Origin: Vicugna vicugna
Taxonomy: Eukaryota
Assembly (NCBI GenBank): GCA_013265495.1
Contig: MU062019.1
Span: 310,001 to 374,000 of the forward strand
Direction: 5' to 3'
Length of the DNA: 64,000 nt
A model generated the notes under the pieces. The model was not told where the DNA came from. It saw nothing but the letters and a program-made list of their open reading frames with translations, and did not search any database. This document shows, in pieces, positions 35,701 through 47,927 of this stretch (positions are counted from its first letter, which is position 1; the number at the start of each line of letters is the position of its first letter). The position numbers and the translations under genes were made by a program.

Positions 35701-38700
35701 AGAGCAGCCGGTTCAGGTTCCCACAGACCCTGGGACTGAGCGGAGTCCTGGGACCCAAGCTCCCCTTTGTGAAGCAGCTTCAGCAGTCACGCTGAGGACA
35801 CGCCCTGCTTCCTTCGTCATTAGCACAGATTCAGGCGAGCAGGTCAGGGGCTGGGGCTTGCAGGAGCAGCCCCCCTGCAGAGCGCACCTCACCCCAAGCC
35901 TCACGTGGCGCAGGGTCCCCAGCGGGGAGCGGAGGGCCGTGTCCGAGTGAAGACCTTACCCTGAGGATAAGCAAGAACTTCACTGTTGGAACCTGTCAAG
36001 GAGTTAGTCACTCACTTGTTGCTCTGTTAGACGTTGTTGTTGAGACTGAGTAGGGTGGGCAGCAAGCCCAGAGGATGACCCTCCTGTCCGGGTGCCGGCA
36101 TCTGGGGTGGGGGCACACGTGCCCGCAGCGGGCTGTCTGACGGGCCAGGCTGCGCCCATGGGGTTCCGGGTACGTGGCTGTGCCCCGGTGGTCCGGCCTC
36201 GTCTTGGAGGCCCAATCGAGGGGCGTGTCTGCCCTCCCTCCAGCCAGCAGAGGCCGCCGGCCCACCTGCCCGGCCTGGGCTTTCAGAGGCCACCTAGTTC
36301 GAGGACTGACCTGGATTTAGGAAGCCCTCAAAGGCCAAGGTCGTGGGAAGGGGGTGGACAGTTCTTGCTGCTGGGCGGCCCAGGCTCCCGGGAAATGAAC
36401 CCTTTTCCTGGCGGCCCAGGCTCTCCTCGGGCCGTTGGCCAGGGCCCCTCCTCACTTTCTCACTCCCTCGGCTGATCCCCAGGCTGGCCCCTTGCTTTTG
36501 TCAGCCCTGAGCAGGGGAGTCTGGGGGGAAAGGCAGCCGGGGCACCAGGGGAGGTGGGTCTCCGCCAGGCCCGCTCTCCCTCGCTGGGGGGCTGCCGTCC
36601 AGGCCCTGGTCACCTGCCCTGTGCGCGGTGGGAGGGCACCGCTCAGCCCCCGCCTGCTCAGATTCCCCTCTGGCGAGTGTGTCTCTTCCTGGGCTGCCCC
36701 AGGCGGGCTCTACCGATGCCTCCTTCATTCTTCCCACGTTGGCAATTTGGGGGGTTTCTCGGAGGGTTTGGTTAGAGGCACAAGCGGCCTTTTTTTGCCC
36801 TCCCAGGAAAAAGCAAAAGAGGTCTTTCTGAGAAATGAAGCTTTTTCAATAACTTTCTAGTTATTGAGGATGGTGTCAATTTTTACGACATTTTATCCCC
36901 TTAATTGTATATAGTTACTCTGAAACAGAACCACATGCAGGTCTGGTCTTGAACGCAGACTGACTTGTCAGCCCCCCGCTGAGAGGTGGTCACCATCCCG
37001 TCCCCTGGCCAGTCGTGGACCTGGGGCTCCATGGCCCCCAGTCACTGTGTCCTGTTCTGTGTGTCTGCCCTGCCCGCGCCCACAGCTGGAGTTCGGGGTG
37101 ATTCACGACTGCACGGAGGAGCGGCTGTACACCGGCCGGAGGGGTCGCGGCGCCTTCTGCAACGGCCAGCGACTGCACGTGTCCGTGGAGACAGGTGGGC
37201 CTTGCGCAGCTCATTTTGCCCTGAAAGGTGTTAATGGAAAAGTCACCATGCCGCAAGGCGGCGGTGGGACTCTCCTGCTGAGGGTCCGACCTCGTCAGGG
37301 ACAGCGTGTCCCTGGGGTACGGGGCGTGGGGCCCGTATGTATCTTCGTGTTTTCGTGGATGCGGCCAGGACCCTTCCATAGGGGCCCCTTCTTTTTTATT
37401 TTATTTTTTTCTTTTAAAGCATTTTCACTGTTTTGGTTTTTGGTTGGGGTGTAATTAGGTTTGTTTATTAACTTGTTTTACTGGAGGTGCTGGGGGACTG
37501 AACCCAGGACCTCGCGCAGGCTAGGCACGCGCTCTAGCCCTGAGCTACGCCCTCCCCCAGGCCCCTTCTATTTTGCACTCACCTTCCACCCTTAATTCAG
37601 AAAGCAACCCTGACTCCAGTTACCATGTGATCTCCAGCCGGCCAGGGTGGGCGGGCCAGTGCCAGGTCCAAGGGCAGAGTCAGAGGCGTGCTCTGGCCCT
37701 CAGAGCCTCTCAGTCATCCTGTTGTCACCTGGGTGTGTCACCCAGTGGTGTCCCTCAGGTGCGGTTTCTGGGAGAACTCAGTGGCCAGGGGAGAGCCGTG
37801 TGTGTGACCCTGCTGTTGTCATTCCTAAGGCAGGACCTCGAAGACACTGGTGGCTTTTGTAAAGGGGCTGCTGTTAGACTCAAACAGCATGTCCCTGGAT
37901 GGCCTCCTGCCCCTCAGCCATGCTCAGCCCGTGAGGAGGCGGGGCTGGAGGTGAGCGTGGCTGGGGGGCCAAGGTCAGATCCGGTGAGATCCTGTGAGAG
38001 CAGCCCATCGCAGCCCCAGGGAGGGGCTGTGTGAAGGGCAGGACTGGGGGAGGCGGAGGCCGGGAGAGGCAGAGCCCCAGGGTGGGGGAGGAGCAGCCTC
38101 AGGGCTACAGACAGAGGTGGGGCCTCTGCCCGGCCCGGCTCCCGCCCCAGGAGTGTTTGGTTTGGCTGAGGAAGGAGCAGCGTTAATCACAGCCACACAC
38201 GCCAGGGGTGACCTTGCCAGGAGCTTGTGTAACTCGGTGGTGAGGAGGCAGTTATTAACTCGCCGGGTGAACTTTGCTCCACATTTCACTGACTCCGGGG
38301 GAAGGCTCGCCTCCCTCCTGCCGCCCTCCAGATGAGCTGCAGGCTCCTGAGCACGATCTCACCCTGCGCGGGGACCTGGCCCATCCTCAGCCCTTCATCC
38401 ACCAGCCGCCTAGCTCAAACGTGCCATCAACCCCCCTGCAACCTGGAACCCCAACTTCTCAAAATTTCTAATGCTCCCAAGCTCGCTGGCAATGCTTAAG
38501 GCTGACCTGGAACGTCGGAGTGCTGCCTTCAGCCTGGTGGTCGTCTGTCTGCCAGGTGACTAGGTTTCCACCGGAGGTGACGGAACGCCGGCTTCCAACC
38601 CGGATTTCTGCCACCTCCCAGGGCTGTGACTCATGTTCGCATGTGCAGCAGGTGACCGTGGTGACAGCTGTGAGGGGGAAATTACATTACATTTGGAAAG

Positions 38701-41700
38701 CACTCAGGAGCCGCCCTGGTGCGTGGTACCCAGAACAGAGTCGTTATCAAAGGAACTTGAGTCTTCGCACGGTTGTTAAGACTGGGGTGTGTTCTGGAGG
38801 AAACAGCCGCAGAAATGACCAGCACTTGTCTCTCTCGGTGCACCTTTCTGGGGTGTCTGCAACTCACAAAAGCAAAACAAAGACTGCATTTCACTGGGGC
38901 AAAGGATTTGATGAGGCCAGGATTTCAGGAGTAGCTTTCCCTTCAGATTCCTGCTTGCAGAACCTCACATGTGTACAGAGGAGACAGAAAAAGTGCAGGG
39001 AACCCACGTGACCCATTACTCCGCTCCGGCATCGTCACCTGTGGCCAACCTGCTTCACCCACGCCCCGCCACCTCCCGCCACCCTGAACAGCCCCCTGAC
39101 ACAGACCCCAGGCATAAGGACACCAATGTTTGGGCATGTGTGTCTCTGAAACACACAGACACCCCCCCCTCCAAACATCAACAGTTCCTAAAATCATGCC
39201 TGTCTGGTCAGTGGTCAAATTTCTGCTTGTCTCGTCTGGTGGGGAACAGCCTCTCTCCGGGCCCTGGGATCCTGGTGGCCCCTGGGTCTGCCAGTGCTGC
39301 TGGGCCTTTTCGGTGGCCAGAGCTGAGAGGCAAGTTGTTTTTCAAATGTAAGACTCATCACAGTCAGCGTGGAGTTCTCCATCCAAACTCGCGCTCAGCC
39401 CGGCCTGGAGCCCAGGGCCCGGAGGCACCAGAAGAGGGGAGCTTAACCTCGTGAGCTTCAGGATGGCAGCACCAGCAGGCGACCCGCAGGTGCGGGGTGA
39501 GCGTCCCGTTCAGTTTCTGGCGTTCTTTTCGTCCTTGGTGAAGACCCCCTCGGTCTGCAGGCGGGTGCCCTGGAGAGGCTTTGAAGTGGTTCCATTCGTT
39601 TCCCTTGGGTCCCACCAGCAGGCGGGGATGATCACTTAGACGCGTCTGTTCCACTTTATTTTCCATTTAGGGTAACTTTTTTAAAAATGGGTTTTATTTT
39701 GTAATTACCTTTTTACATGGACATTGTTTCAAGATCGAATCTAAAATCAAGGCTGTCAAAGCAGTCCAGCCCCATCCTTGCCCTCTTCACCCTGTAGGTA
39801 ACTGGTGCAGACTCGCTCATCCAAGTCCTCCCAGGGTCTTCAGGCAGCGTGCACGTGGCGCTGGAGGTTCAGCCCAGTTGCTTGGCACCGTGGCATCGCC
39901 CTGCGCGGGGTGCGGCAGACAGGGCGCCCCGCCCGCACAGGTCGGCGCCACGCCCCTCGGTGGTGGTGAAGGGGGCTCGGGGGCCGTCTTTGAGCACCTC
40001 TCCTCCAGCTGACTTCTCTGGGAGGCTGACGGGAGCAGTGCCCCGAGGTCTCACGTGTCAGCGGGCTTCACACTGAAAGTCCACTTTCCTGGGGATAAAA
40101 CGCAGGCTCACGCATCCTTGTGTGGAATCGTCTCTGTCACTGTCCACAAAAGCCTCTTGTTGGGAAGTCTGAAAGCATTTGATTTCCTTTCCTTGTAAGG
40201 GGATTTTTTTTGCCTGTTGCCCAGAGGTTTTTTCTTTTCTTTTTCTTTAGAACTCAGTAATTCTAACAGGCTATCTCAGCGCTGCTTCTTCTCAGCCAGC
40301 TTTCCCCTTTCAGGATGTAACCTCAGGTCCTCGTTTTTTGGGTTTTGTTTTTAATTTTGAAAGAGTTTTCTTGAATTATTGCATTTAGTGTATGTTCACG
40401 TCCAAGTTCTGCTGCTGCTTTCTTTGTCCTCCGCGTCCCTGTCACAGGGGTGTTGGGTCTTCTCTGCTTGGCTCGTCTGCCACTTTCTCTCCATCCCATT
40501 CACCTTTTCCGCGAGGTTTACATGAGCGAAGCTGTCCTGAGTTTCACCCTCCACTCCTGGTCAAGCACAGTCTGTTGTGTTGGCATCTTCTTTCAGCTGA
40601 GCCTTCTCCAGCTCTTCCTCAGCTCCCCGCCCTCTGCTTCTGGGTTTCGCTGCTCTGCCCGTCCACGTAGTCTTCATTTGTTTTGTTAAACCCACTTCTG
40701 TTTTGTGGACAAATCTTCTGGCAACCTTTGCTTGACTAGAAACATGTTATTCTGCCTCCCGTACTTTTTTCTTATAATAATCGTGTGTGGGATCCAATCA
40801 TCATTCTTTTAGGTTATTTCCACTTGAAATCTGTGTTCCTGAACTTTGGTGGCTGGGGTGGGGGCGGGGTCAAGGTCAGGACGGTTTTGGCCGTTCAGTG
40901 GCTCTAGCGCTCCCCCTCCTGTTGGTTGTGGGAAGTGCTCACCAAGTCAGCTTCGTCCTTAGATTCTGGGGCTCTGACCCTCCTTCTCTGTTCCCTGGAT
41001 CTTCTCTCTCCATTGCCCTGTGATTCCCAGCCTGTGAATTTGGGGTTCAGTCCCGCACATTTGTCCTCAGTGGGTCCTGCCGTGAGAGGTACTGAAAGGT
41101 CAGGTATGAGAGGTCCTGGGGCTGTTGAGGCCCCCCTCCTTCAGACCTTGCCATCCACCAGGGGCTCCCTTGGTTCCCCCTCAGTCTGGCTCCCAGGAGC
41201 GGCTGTGGGAGATTTTGAGATTCTCCTGTTCGTGGTCCACTGGACGCTCAACGCTCTCCCTCCCGGGGCTGCAGGGTCTGGTAGTTCTTGGAGGTTCGCC
41301 CGCCCACCGGTGTTTGGGGCTTGGATGTGCCTTGTGGATGGAGACTTTTTGCAGGTGGCGGCTGTGGTTTTGGTCTTCAGCGGCACTGTTTTTATCAGAG
41401 GGGATTTGGAAGAGGTTACAACTGCGTGGCTGCTGCACAGCTCTCCACTGCAGTCTTTCCCAGGATTCTAAACAGTGCTCCCCCCACCGGCCCCCAATTA
41501 CTTGTTTTTGAAAATAGTGTATTGAGGTGAAAAGTCTGATAAAATTAACCAGTGTGAAGTGAGCGCCTCAAGGCCAGTCAGCACGTTCATGGTGCTGTGT
41601 GCTTGGGTGGCTCCAAGGTGGACCCCACCCCCCAGCCTCCCTGACGTCCAGTACTTGGGGTCTTCAGTTAAACACTGAGAGGGTCAGTGTCCACATCAGT

Positions 41701-44700
41701 AGCTGTTGACGACCTATAAGAAGCCTGAGCGTCAGGACACGTGTATGAACACACGCTGGTCTGAGCGCTGCCTCAGGGGCCCCGAGGGGACGCTCTCCAG
41801 ACTTGAAGGCACAGTTGCCTCTTTCTCCCAAGTTCATGTTTCCGTGGATACCGATGACTTGCTTCTTACCTCTAAGCTGTAACATTGCTCTTAAGACAAC
41901 AGTGCGCGGATCCTCTGGGTGTCTTAACTTTGCTCAACCAGAGAAAGGGTTTTCAAAGTGATGGAAGTCACAGGCTGTTTTTTTGCACCCTAAAATCTGT
42001 TTATTGAAAGGGTATACAGGAAGCCCCACTTCAAAATCTATTCCATTTTTTATTGTGGTAAAATATATATAATAATTGCCATTTTAACCATTAAAAGGGT
42101 ATAATTCAGTGACATTAATTTCATTCGCAGTGTGCAACCATCACCTGTTTCCAAAATGTTTATCATGTGAAACCGAAACTCTGTACCCATGAAGCAGTAG
42201 CTCCCACCCCCAACCCAAGATGTCATCGAATATTTTAAATTAAAATAGTATTTGATCAAGAGCGAAACTATTATGATAAATACAGAATAAAGGGTAATAA
42301 AATGCATAAACCGTAGTAATTGTGGATAGCTGGTCACAAATAACCGTAAGACAGTATTAAGCAGAAGGGATTGTGACTTTTACCTTTGTTTCCTTACCTG
42401 GGGCAAAATGAAACAGCAGAAAGCATTTTGCCTGAGGTGGCCGACCGCAGACTCCCATCTTGCTCTTGGTTTCCTTTAGGGAAAAAGCTACATTAGCAAG
42501 TGCGCGATAAAGGACGGTACATGGCACAGCATCTCACGAAGTAAAAACTGCGAGAAGAAACTCTTTCTGTCGCGTGGTCACCAGGCAGCCTATGTTTACG
42601 TCTGGGCCTCCCTAGCAGTAAGGGCTGCTTGACCTCCCGCAGGTCCCATCTCTGGGCTCAAGCTCCCGTCTGAGAAATGAGTGCAGTGGGAGAGCGGAGT
42701 CACTGTACCCGAGCGCGAGGGAGGGGCGGGGTCACTGTACCCGAGCGAGCGGGAGGGTGTAGCCGAGCGAGTGCGGGGAGTGACTTTTACCTTTGTTTCC
42801 TTACCTGGGGCAAAATGAAACAGCAGAAAGCATTTTGCCTGAGGTGGCCGACCGCAGACTCCCATCTTGCTCTTGGTTTCCTTTAGGGAAAAAGCTACAT
42901 TAGCAAGTGCGCGATAAAGGACGGTACATGGCACAGCATCTCACGAAGTAAAAACTGCGAGAAGAAACTCTTTCTGTCGCGTGGTCACCAGGCAGCCTAT
43001 GTTTACGTCTGGGCCTCCCTAGCAGTAAGGGCTGCTTGACCTCCCGCAGGTCCCATCTCTGGGCTCAAGCTCCCGTCTGAGAAATGAGTGCAGTGGGAGA
43101 GCGGAGTCACTGTACCCGAGCGCGAGGGGGGCGGAGTCACTGTACCCGAGCGCGAGGGAGGGGCGGGGTCAGCGTATCCGGAGCGTGATGGAGGGTTGAA
43201 GCTGTGCATGGGAAGAGCTTTGCCTCAGGAGAGCGTAAGGACCCGTAAACATGAGCGATGGCTGTTTCCGCACCTGGCTTACCTCCGCTTAGAGGAGTAG
43301 CCCTCTGGCACCCGCACCGTGCGGGTGTCTTCTCGTCCAGGCTGGCGCTCCAGCGGCTTCCTCTCCACTCCCTGCGGCGCGTCCCTCTGATAAGGGCCGG
43401 TTGGACCTGGAAGAGGAGTCACGGCTTTTTATTTAGTTGAGGTGCAACTGCCATGTAATGTTCTATTAGCTCCAGGTGCAGAACACGATGACTCAACATT
43501 CGTACGTGTTGTGAAATGATCCCAGAGTAAGTCCAGTTAACATCCGGGCGAGCGTCTTGTGAACCTGGTTAAACGTAGGAGCTTATCTCCCCGCAGAAAT
43601 TGTCCAGCGTTCTGGTTCCTGGGGGAAATCTTCAGTCTTTCTTAGTGTCTTCCCAGGTGACCAAGATCCCACAGCCAGGGAATGCACTTCTGGCAGGGTT
43701 ATTCTCTTGATCTTAGCTGTCAGAGAAAAGTGTGAATCCTGGAGTAAGGGATGGATACCTATTAGGGACTGGAAAGTAAATAGTACAGGTCCTCCCCAAG
43801 TGGGGTGGGGGGCAGTGGTAAAGTGGATGTAGCTTTTACAGCTTTTGGGGGGGCATTTGAAAAAAAATGATCCAGATCTAAAATACACACACTGTTTGAT
43901 TCAGAAGTCCCGCTTTCACCCTGAAAATGGCACTATCATGACTGCACAGACCTGTGCAGAAAAGAGCATTGTTCCAACAACAAGACGTGGACGTGTCCAT
44001 CCATAGTGGGTGGTTAAGCCCACGGCAGTGCTTCCGCGGGGAGAGGTGTGCGCGGGGTGGCGTTACAGCAAGACAGCAGGGACAGGGGCTGCAGAGCTCT
44101 TGAAAAGCACCATGTCTGTGTGCGCGCCTGGGGGTCAGGTCTGAGGTCAGAGGAGATCAGAGGTAAGATGGGCCAGATGCTACTGGCCGCTTCGCTCTGT
44201 CCCCTCCCCTGCCTCCTCTGGGACTGCGCCCCCTTCCTTGTTTCTGTGGATAAGATAATGTGCACACCGTCCAGTTTCTTTTTAAATTTTACTTTAGCCA
44301 GCTCTCCAAATTACAGCATGCTATCTTTCAGAGAGTGTTTTAGCACATCCGTCATTCAGAATCCACTTCTCCCCCAAATTAGTGTTGTGCAGAGTGCGTA
44401 GAGTCTTGGGCTAGCCAACCGAATTCTACCTAACTCAGAAATTCCTCCCGTAGACTTAAAAACACTAGTAATGTAACAAACCAACCCAACAGGGAGACGC
44501 TTAGGAACGTGTCCTTAATGCTGGTTTCTGAGGGGAAGTGTTCACTCCTCCGGGCACTGTTCATGGGGTACCTGCTGCGCCTGCCCTGTGGGTGTCTCTT
44601 TTTCCCTGGAAAAATACTGTGTCAGCTGGTGGCCCAGTGAGGGCGGGTTGGGGGTGGGCTCAGGCTGGGGTGACTGGGTCCTGTGCTCGGAGACCATGGG

Positions 44701-47621
44701 GCCGCCCAGCCCAGCGCCCCTGGTATGGGCAGAGCTCCGCACCCACACGGGAGGCACGGGAGGCACGTGGTCAGCTCAGCTGCGGTGTGGGGTGTGCCTG
44801 GCGGGGAGGAGGCAAGCCTTCTCTAGGCAGGGAGCTCGGTGTGGGACCCAGCGGGTCTCAGTGTTTACAGTGTGAAATGGGCACCTCCAGGGTAGGAAGG
44901 GGGGGATGATGACAGAGGTGTCACCCCTGTGGAGAGGCTTAGCATCGAGGCCTTGGGAGTCAGACGCCAGGTCTGGGTGTTTGGGTGTGTGGCCAGGCAA
45001 GGCCAGGCGCTGTGATCTCCGGCAGTGAGTTAGCGTGGCAGGGAGCCCGGCACGTCCCTGAGCCCAGAGCGGCTTCCTGGCCCAGGCACGGGGCTCCTCT
45101 GGCAGCAAGCTGTGCCCAGAGAGGGTGCCTCCCCCCGGGCACTGAGGTAGCCACACAGCGGCCACTGCCTGGTGCTGAAGGGTTACTCATAAGGACACCC
45201 TTTCCAGAGACATCGCGCTTAGAGGCTGCTTCCTCCACAGGGATGGCACCTCTTGTCGGCAGTGGGGGAAGGTTTTTAAGGACAGATTTCACTTGATGAG
45301 GCTTTTTTCCACCTCCGAACACAGGACGTTCCTGGTTGAGAGTCATTTTGTGTTTTCTTAGTGATTGAATGAGGTTGGTGTCATGGGCCACCAAGCCCCC
45401 CGAGTTCTTGGTGCTAAGTGTCCCAGGAAAGGGAGAGCTGGGAGGTTGGCTCCCGCTGCGTCTGACGCAGGTCGCGACCCAGGACGAGGATGTGACGTGG
45501 AGCCGGGAATGGGCCTCCTCTCTCTCACCGTCCTTCCTTCTTCAGCGCAGCCGTTGGGAGCTGTCACTGCGTTACCCGTCAAAGACTGTGCGGACTCAGC
45601 AGGGCCGGGCGGCTGGTGTGTGGGTCCCCTCGGGAAAACCCCGACTCTTCAGTGGGAACCGAGGCCGGGTTTCCTGACTTGGGATCCTCTCCCTCACAGA
45701 GCTCTCCAGGGCCCTGGTTCTGACAGAAATCGGGCCCAGACGTGATCCCGCGACGCTGAAGTTGTTCCTGAGCAACATGGAGAGGCTGCTCTGCGCCAGG
45801 GCCCACGGGTATGAGCCTCCTTCCGAAGCCCGCCCCGCTCCAGCTCCCGGGGCCAGGTGGGAGCCGGGCACCGCGTGCTGGGCCCCGGCCCCAGTGGGGA
45901 GCTTGGGTGGCCGTCAGGAGGCGCAGGGGCCCTGTGAGCCCGGAGCCCATGCACCCCGTGCTCAGCACCCTCGTGAAGGCGTGTGGGCGGTGTCCCAGTG
46001 CCCCGTCGGGTCCAGGAGACTCCTGTCCATCCCGTGCTCCCCAGGTCTGTGCTGTGACTGCAGCCACACCAGGCACTGAGATCTAAGATCCTTAAAGTCC
46101 CGCAGACCCGCACGTGGCCTCCTCCGTTGCACCAGCCACACTCCAAGGGCCAAGGCCCAGGTGCTGGTGGCTCCTTGGCGCTGGGCGCCTCATCACCACA
46201 GACGGTTCTGTTGGGCCTCGCTGCTCTGGGCCCAGGGATATGGGGCTGGGAAAGAAGGCCCAGTGGCTGCCGTTGAGTTCCCAGGCTGCCCACAGAGGAG
46301 GCGCCTGGGGCTAAGTCAGCGTCTGCCCCCCCACCCCCAGGGTCCGCGTGATTGGCAGCTCCACCTTGGCGCTCTGTCACCTGGCCTCGGGCGCCGCTGA
46401 CGCCTACTACCAGTTTGGCCTGCACTGCTGGGACCTGGCTGCCGCCACCGTCATCATCCGGGAAGCAGGCGGCGTGGTGATAGACACGTCAGGTGAGCCC
46501 CTGGCCCCATACGGAGCGTCCCCATCCTCTGCTGACAGAGACACCGAGCGTGTTGGAGGGCAGTGGGCCCAGGCCGCCCAGCTCTTCCCACTGCCCTGTG
46601 CCTCTAGACCCAGGGTCAGCACCAGGACAGGTGGCTGGGCAGTGACGGCACCACCTGTGTTTACATGATGTTTGACAGTTTTCTTAGCGCTCATGTCCCG
46701 GCCCCACCAAGTCCACTGAGACCACAGAGCAGGCCACATGCTCCCCGATCAATCACAAGGTTTTAGAGCATGAATCCGATAGGTGACCCATTCCTCTGCC
46801 GCAGGGTCACTGTGCCCAGTGACCGGCCCCCAGACATCCACTTGGCTTCATCTGACGTCAGAACCCACTTTTGTCTGCTTCCCTCCCAGTTTCAGCCCAT
46901 AGCCCGCTGGGATTCCACAATGGACAGCGGTGGGTCCTTCTTCCCTTGCCCACTCCTCTTTCACTCCTCCTCTGAAAGGCCAGGTTGAGCTTCCAGAAAG
47001 GTGTGAAGTGAAGGGAGGCAGCCTCAGGTGTCGAGGCCAGGCTGGCCCATCTCACGTAAAAGCTGTGTCCTACTCTGGATGTGACCACATGTGCACATGT
47101 GTGCACCGAGGTCCCCAGAGGGGCTGGTGACACCTCCAAGAGGAGGCGGCCTTTGTCCTGCCCCAGATCCCGGGTCCCCAGAGCAGCTGCCTCAGGGCCG
47201 GTCAGGAAGGCCGCCCAGGCGCCACCCAGACCTGCTGGGTGCCCGAGCCCCCGTGCAGCGCAGAGTCTGAGAACCGCTCCCTGCCCTGGCCTCACATCGT
47301 CTGAGGCTCAGTCCTGAACGCTGGACCTTAAGCCACTTTCCTCTGAGACAGTGCTGGTCGCTTGGCAGGGGAAGGACACACCCAGGTGGGGGCAGAACAG
47401 GGCCTGAGCACCGCAGTCCCGCCCATGCCGAGCAGGGTGTGTGCTGGGCTGCTGGGGGTTGTGCCGTCCCCTCCCTGACCCAGGCGTCCTCTCCTCTGTC
47501 CCCAGGTGGGCCGCTCGACCTCATGTCTTGCAGAGTGGTTGCTGCAGGCACGCGGGAAGTGGCGATGCTTGTGGCTCAGGCCCTCCAGACGATTAACTAC
47601 GGGCGGGATGACGAGAGGTGA
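19822..47621 (+). CDS. IMPA2: Inositol monophosphatase 2, complete spliced CDS (8 exons, 288 aa)
   Basis: Exons join in frame with GT-AG introns to 867 nt; translation MKPSGED...[17 protein letters not shown]...FIAEE...[14 protein letters not shown]...[15 protein letters not shown]...INYGRDDER; both IMPase signatures and metal ligands E81, D101, D104, D231 are present. Confidence 0.98.
21877..22122 (-). mobile_element. 5'-truncated lineage-specific L1 3' end with 17-bp TSD
   Basis: T-rich tail then attgagttatagtcattttacgatgttgtgtcaaat...; flanked by AGAAAACTATGCTTTTT at 21860-21876 and 22123-22139. Confidence 0.85.
22151..22610. mobile_element. hAT DNA transposon relic (MER63-like)
   Basis: caggggtaggtccaggttttgttgagcctgagg...tctttaagaaaaaa...caaaattacaaat...tttatttagaataag resembles the recalled MER63 end; right boundary approximate. 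Confidence 0.45.
28626..28759 (+). CDS. IMPA2: IMPA2 exon 2 (134 nt)
   Basis: Acceptor ctttctcttcag; [44 protein letters not shown]; donor AG|gtgggc. Confidence 0.97.
29168..29338. repeat. Degenerate (TG)n/(TA)n microsatellite
   Basis: About 170 bp of interrupted TG repeats in IMPA2 intron 2. Confidence 0.9.
29495..29570. mobile_element. Tigger-type DNA transposon terminal fragment
   Basis: ctcgaacaacacaggtctgagccacgcgggtccatgtgtgcgcagatttt resembles a Tigger2-like end. Confidence 0.4.
30318..30347. repeat. 10-bp tandem repeat x3 (tttgtcccca)
   Basis: Seen directly. Confidence 0.9.
32161..32202. repeat. Perfect 19-bp inverted repeat with 4-nt spacer
   Basis: gaactgtgtcgtcttcaag-tgcc-cttgaagacgacacagttc; the arms are exact reverse complements. 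Confidence 0.97.
33185..33289 (+). CDS. IMPA2: IMPA2 exon 3 (105 nt)
   Basis: [34 protein letters not shown] (IMPase signature 1); donor AG|gtgagt. Confidence 0.97.
35277..35322 (+). CDS. IMPA2: IMPA2 exon 4 (46 nt)
   Basis: Acceptor gttctctgcag; [15 protein letters not shown]; donor GAG|gtacgt. Confidence 0.95.
37086..37194 (+). CDS. IMPA2: IMPA2 exon 5 (109 nt)
   Basis: [36 protein letters not shown]; acceptor cccacag, donor AG|gtgggc. Confidence 0.96.
37393..37557 (-). mobile_element. Camelid tRNA-derived SINE (vic-1-like)
   Basis: Reverse complement reads ggggagggcgtagctcagggctagagcgcgtgcctagcctgcgcgaggtcctgggttcagtcccccagcacctcc...aataaacaaacctaattac plus A-tail; TSD ggccccttct at 37383-37392 and 37560-37569. 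Confidence 0.85.
39680..41460 (-). mobile_element. Old fragmented L1M-like sequence in IMPA2 intron 5
   Basis: Long T/C-skewed stretch with phrases typical of antisense old L1; subfamily not determinable by eye. Confidence 0.4.
42040..42225 (-). mobile_element. L1MA/L1MB-like 3' UTR fragment
   Basis: ttttttattgtggtaaaatatat...ccattttaacc...ataattcagtgacatta...gtgcaaccatcacc...gaaactctgtaccc. Confidence 0.7.
42373..43195. repeat. Tandem duplication, period 407 bp, each copy ending in a 30-33-bp GC-rich minisatellite
   Basis: 42373-42721 appears identical by eye to 42780-43128 (349 bp); units gcggagtcactgtacccgagcgcgaggg(aggg) at 42694-42779 and 43101-43195. Confidence 0.93.
43425..43545 (-). 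mobile_element. L1 3'-end fragment (L1MA9/artiodactyl-like)
   Basis: ttttatttagttgaggtgcaactg...tattagctccaggtgcagaacacgatgactcaacatt...gtgaaatgatc...gtaagtccagttaacatcc. Confidence 0.55.
45700..45808 (+). CDS. IMPA2: IMPA2 exon 6 (109 nt)
   Basis: [35 protein letters not shown]; acceptor ctctccctcacag, donor GG|gtatga. Confidence 0.95.
46341..46492 (+). CDS. IMPA2: IMPA2 exon 7 (152 nt)
   Basis: [50 protein letters not shown] (IMPase signature 2); donor AG|gtgagc. Confidence 0.97.
47506..47621 (+). CDS. IMPA2: IMPA2 exon 8 coding part (116 nt including TGA)
   Basis: Acceptor ctcctctgtccccag; [37 protein letters not shown]. Confidence 0.96.
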
Positions 47622-47921
47622 GGCCGAAGCACGGAGACGCGCCTGCCTGGACCACGCCTTCCCCGGACGCTGGGAGGCTCGGGCCTCGTCAGCCTGGGGG
47701 AGCCGTGGCGCCCGGCGCCCGTCTCTCCCGGGGTCGGGCTGGGCTGCGTGCTCTCTCATCTCACGGAGCCTTTTTCAGGTCTAACTGGACGCATGTGTTG
47801 ATAACATGCAGTCTTGACTTTTTTCCAGAATGCAAATCTCAGGTAGTCAGGCTTTAGAACTGCCATTAAGCAGCCAGTGCTCAGCGCCACCGCCCCGCCC
47901 CCGTCCCTGCCACGGTCACAC

Positions 47922-47927
47922 AATAAA
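47922..47927 (+). terminator. IMPA2: Probable IMPA2 polyadenylation signal
   Basis: AATAAA 300 nt after the stop codon, followed by a U/GU-rich stretch (gtttccctctatgtgcacgttgtgtttc). Confidence 0.65.

Noticed and set aside
45698-45701. Tandem AGAG acceptor at IMPA2 exon 6
   Set aside because: The second AG shifts the frame by 2 nt; only the first restores the conserved protein.
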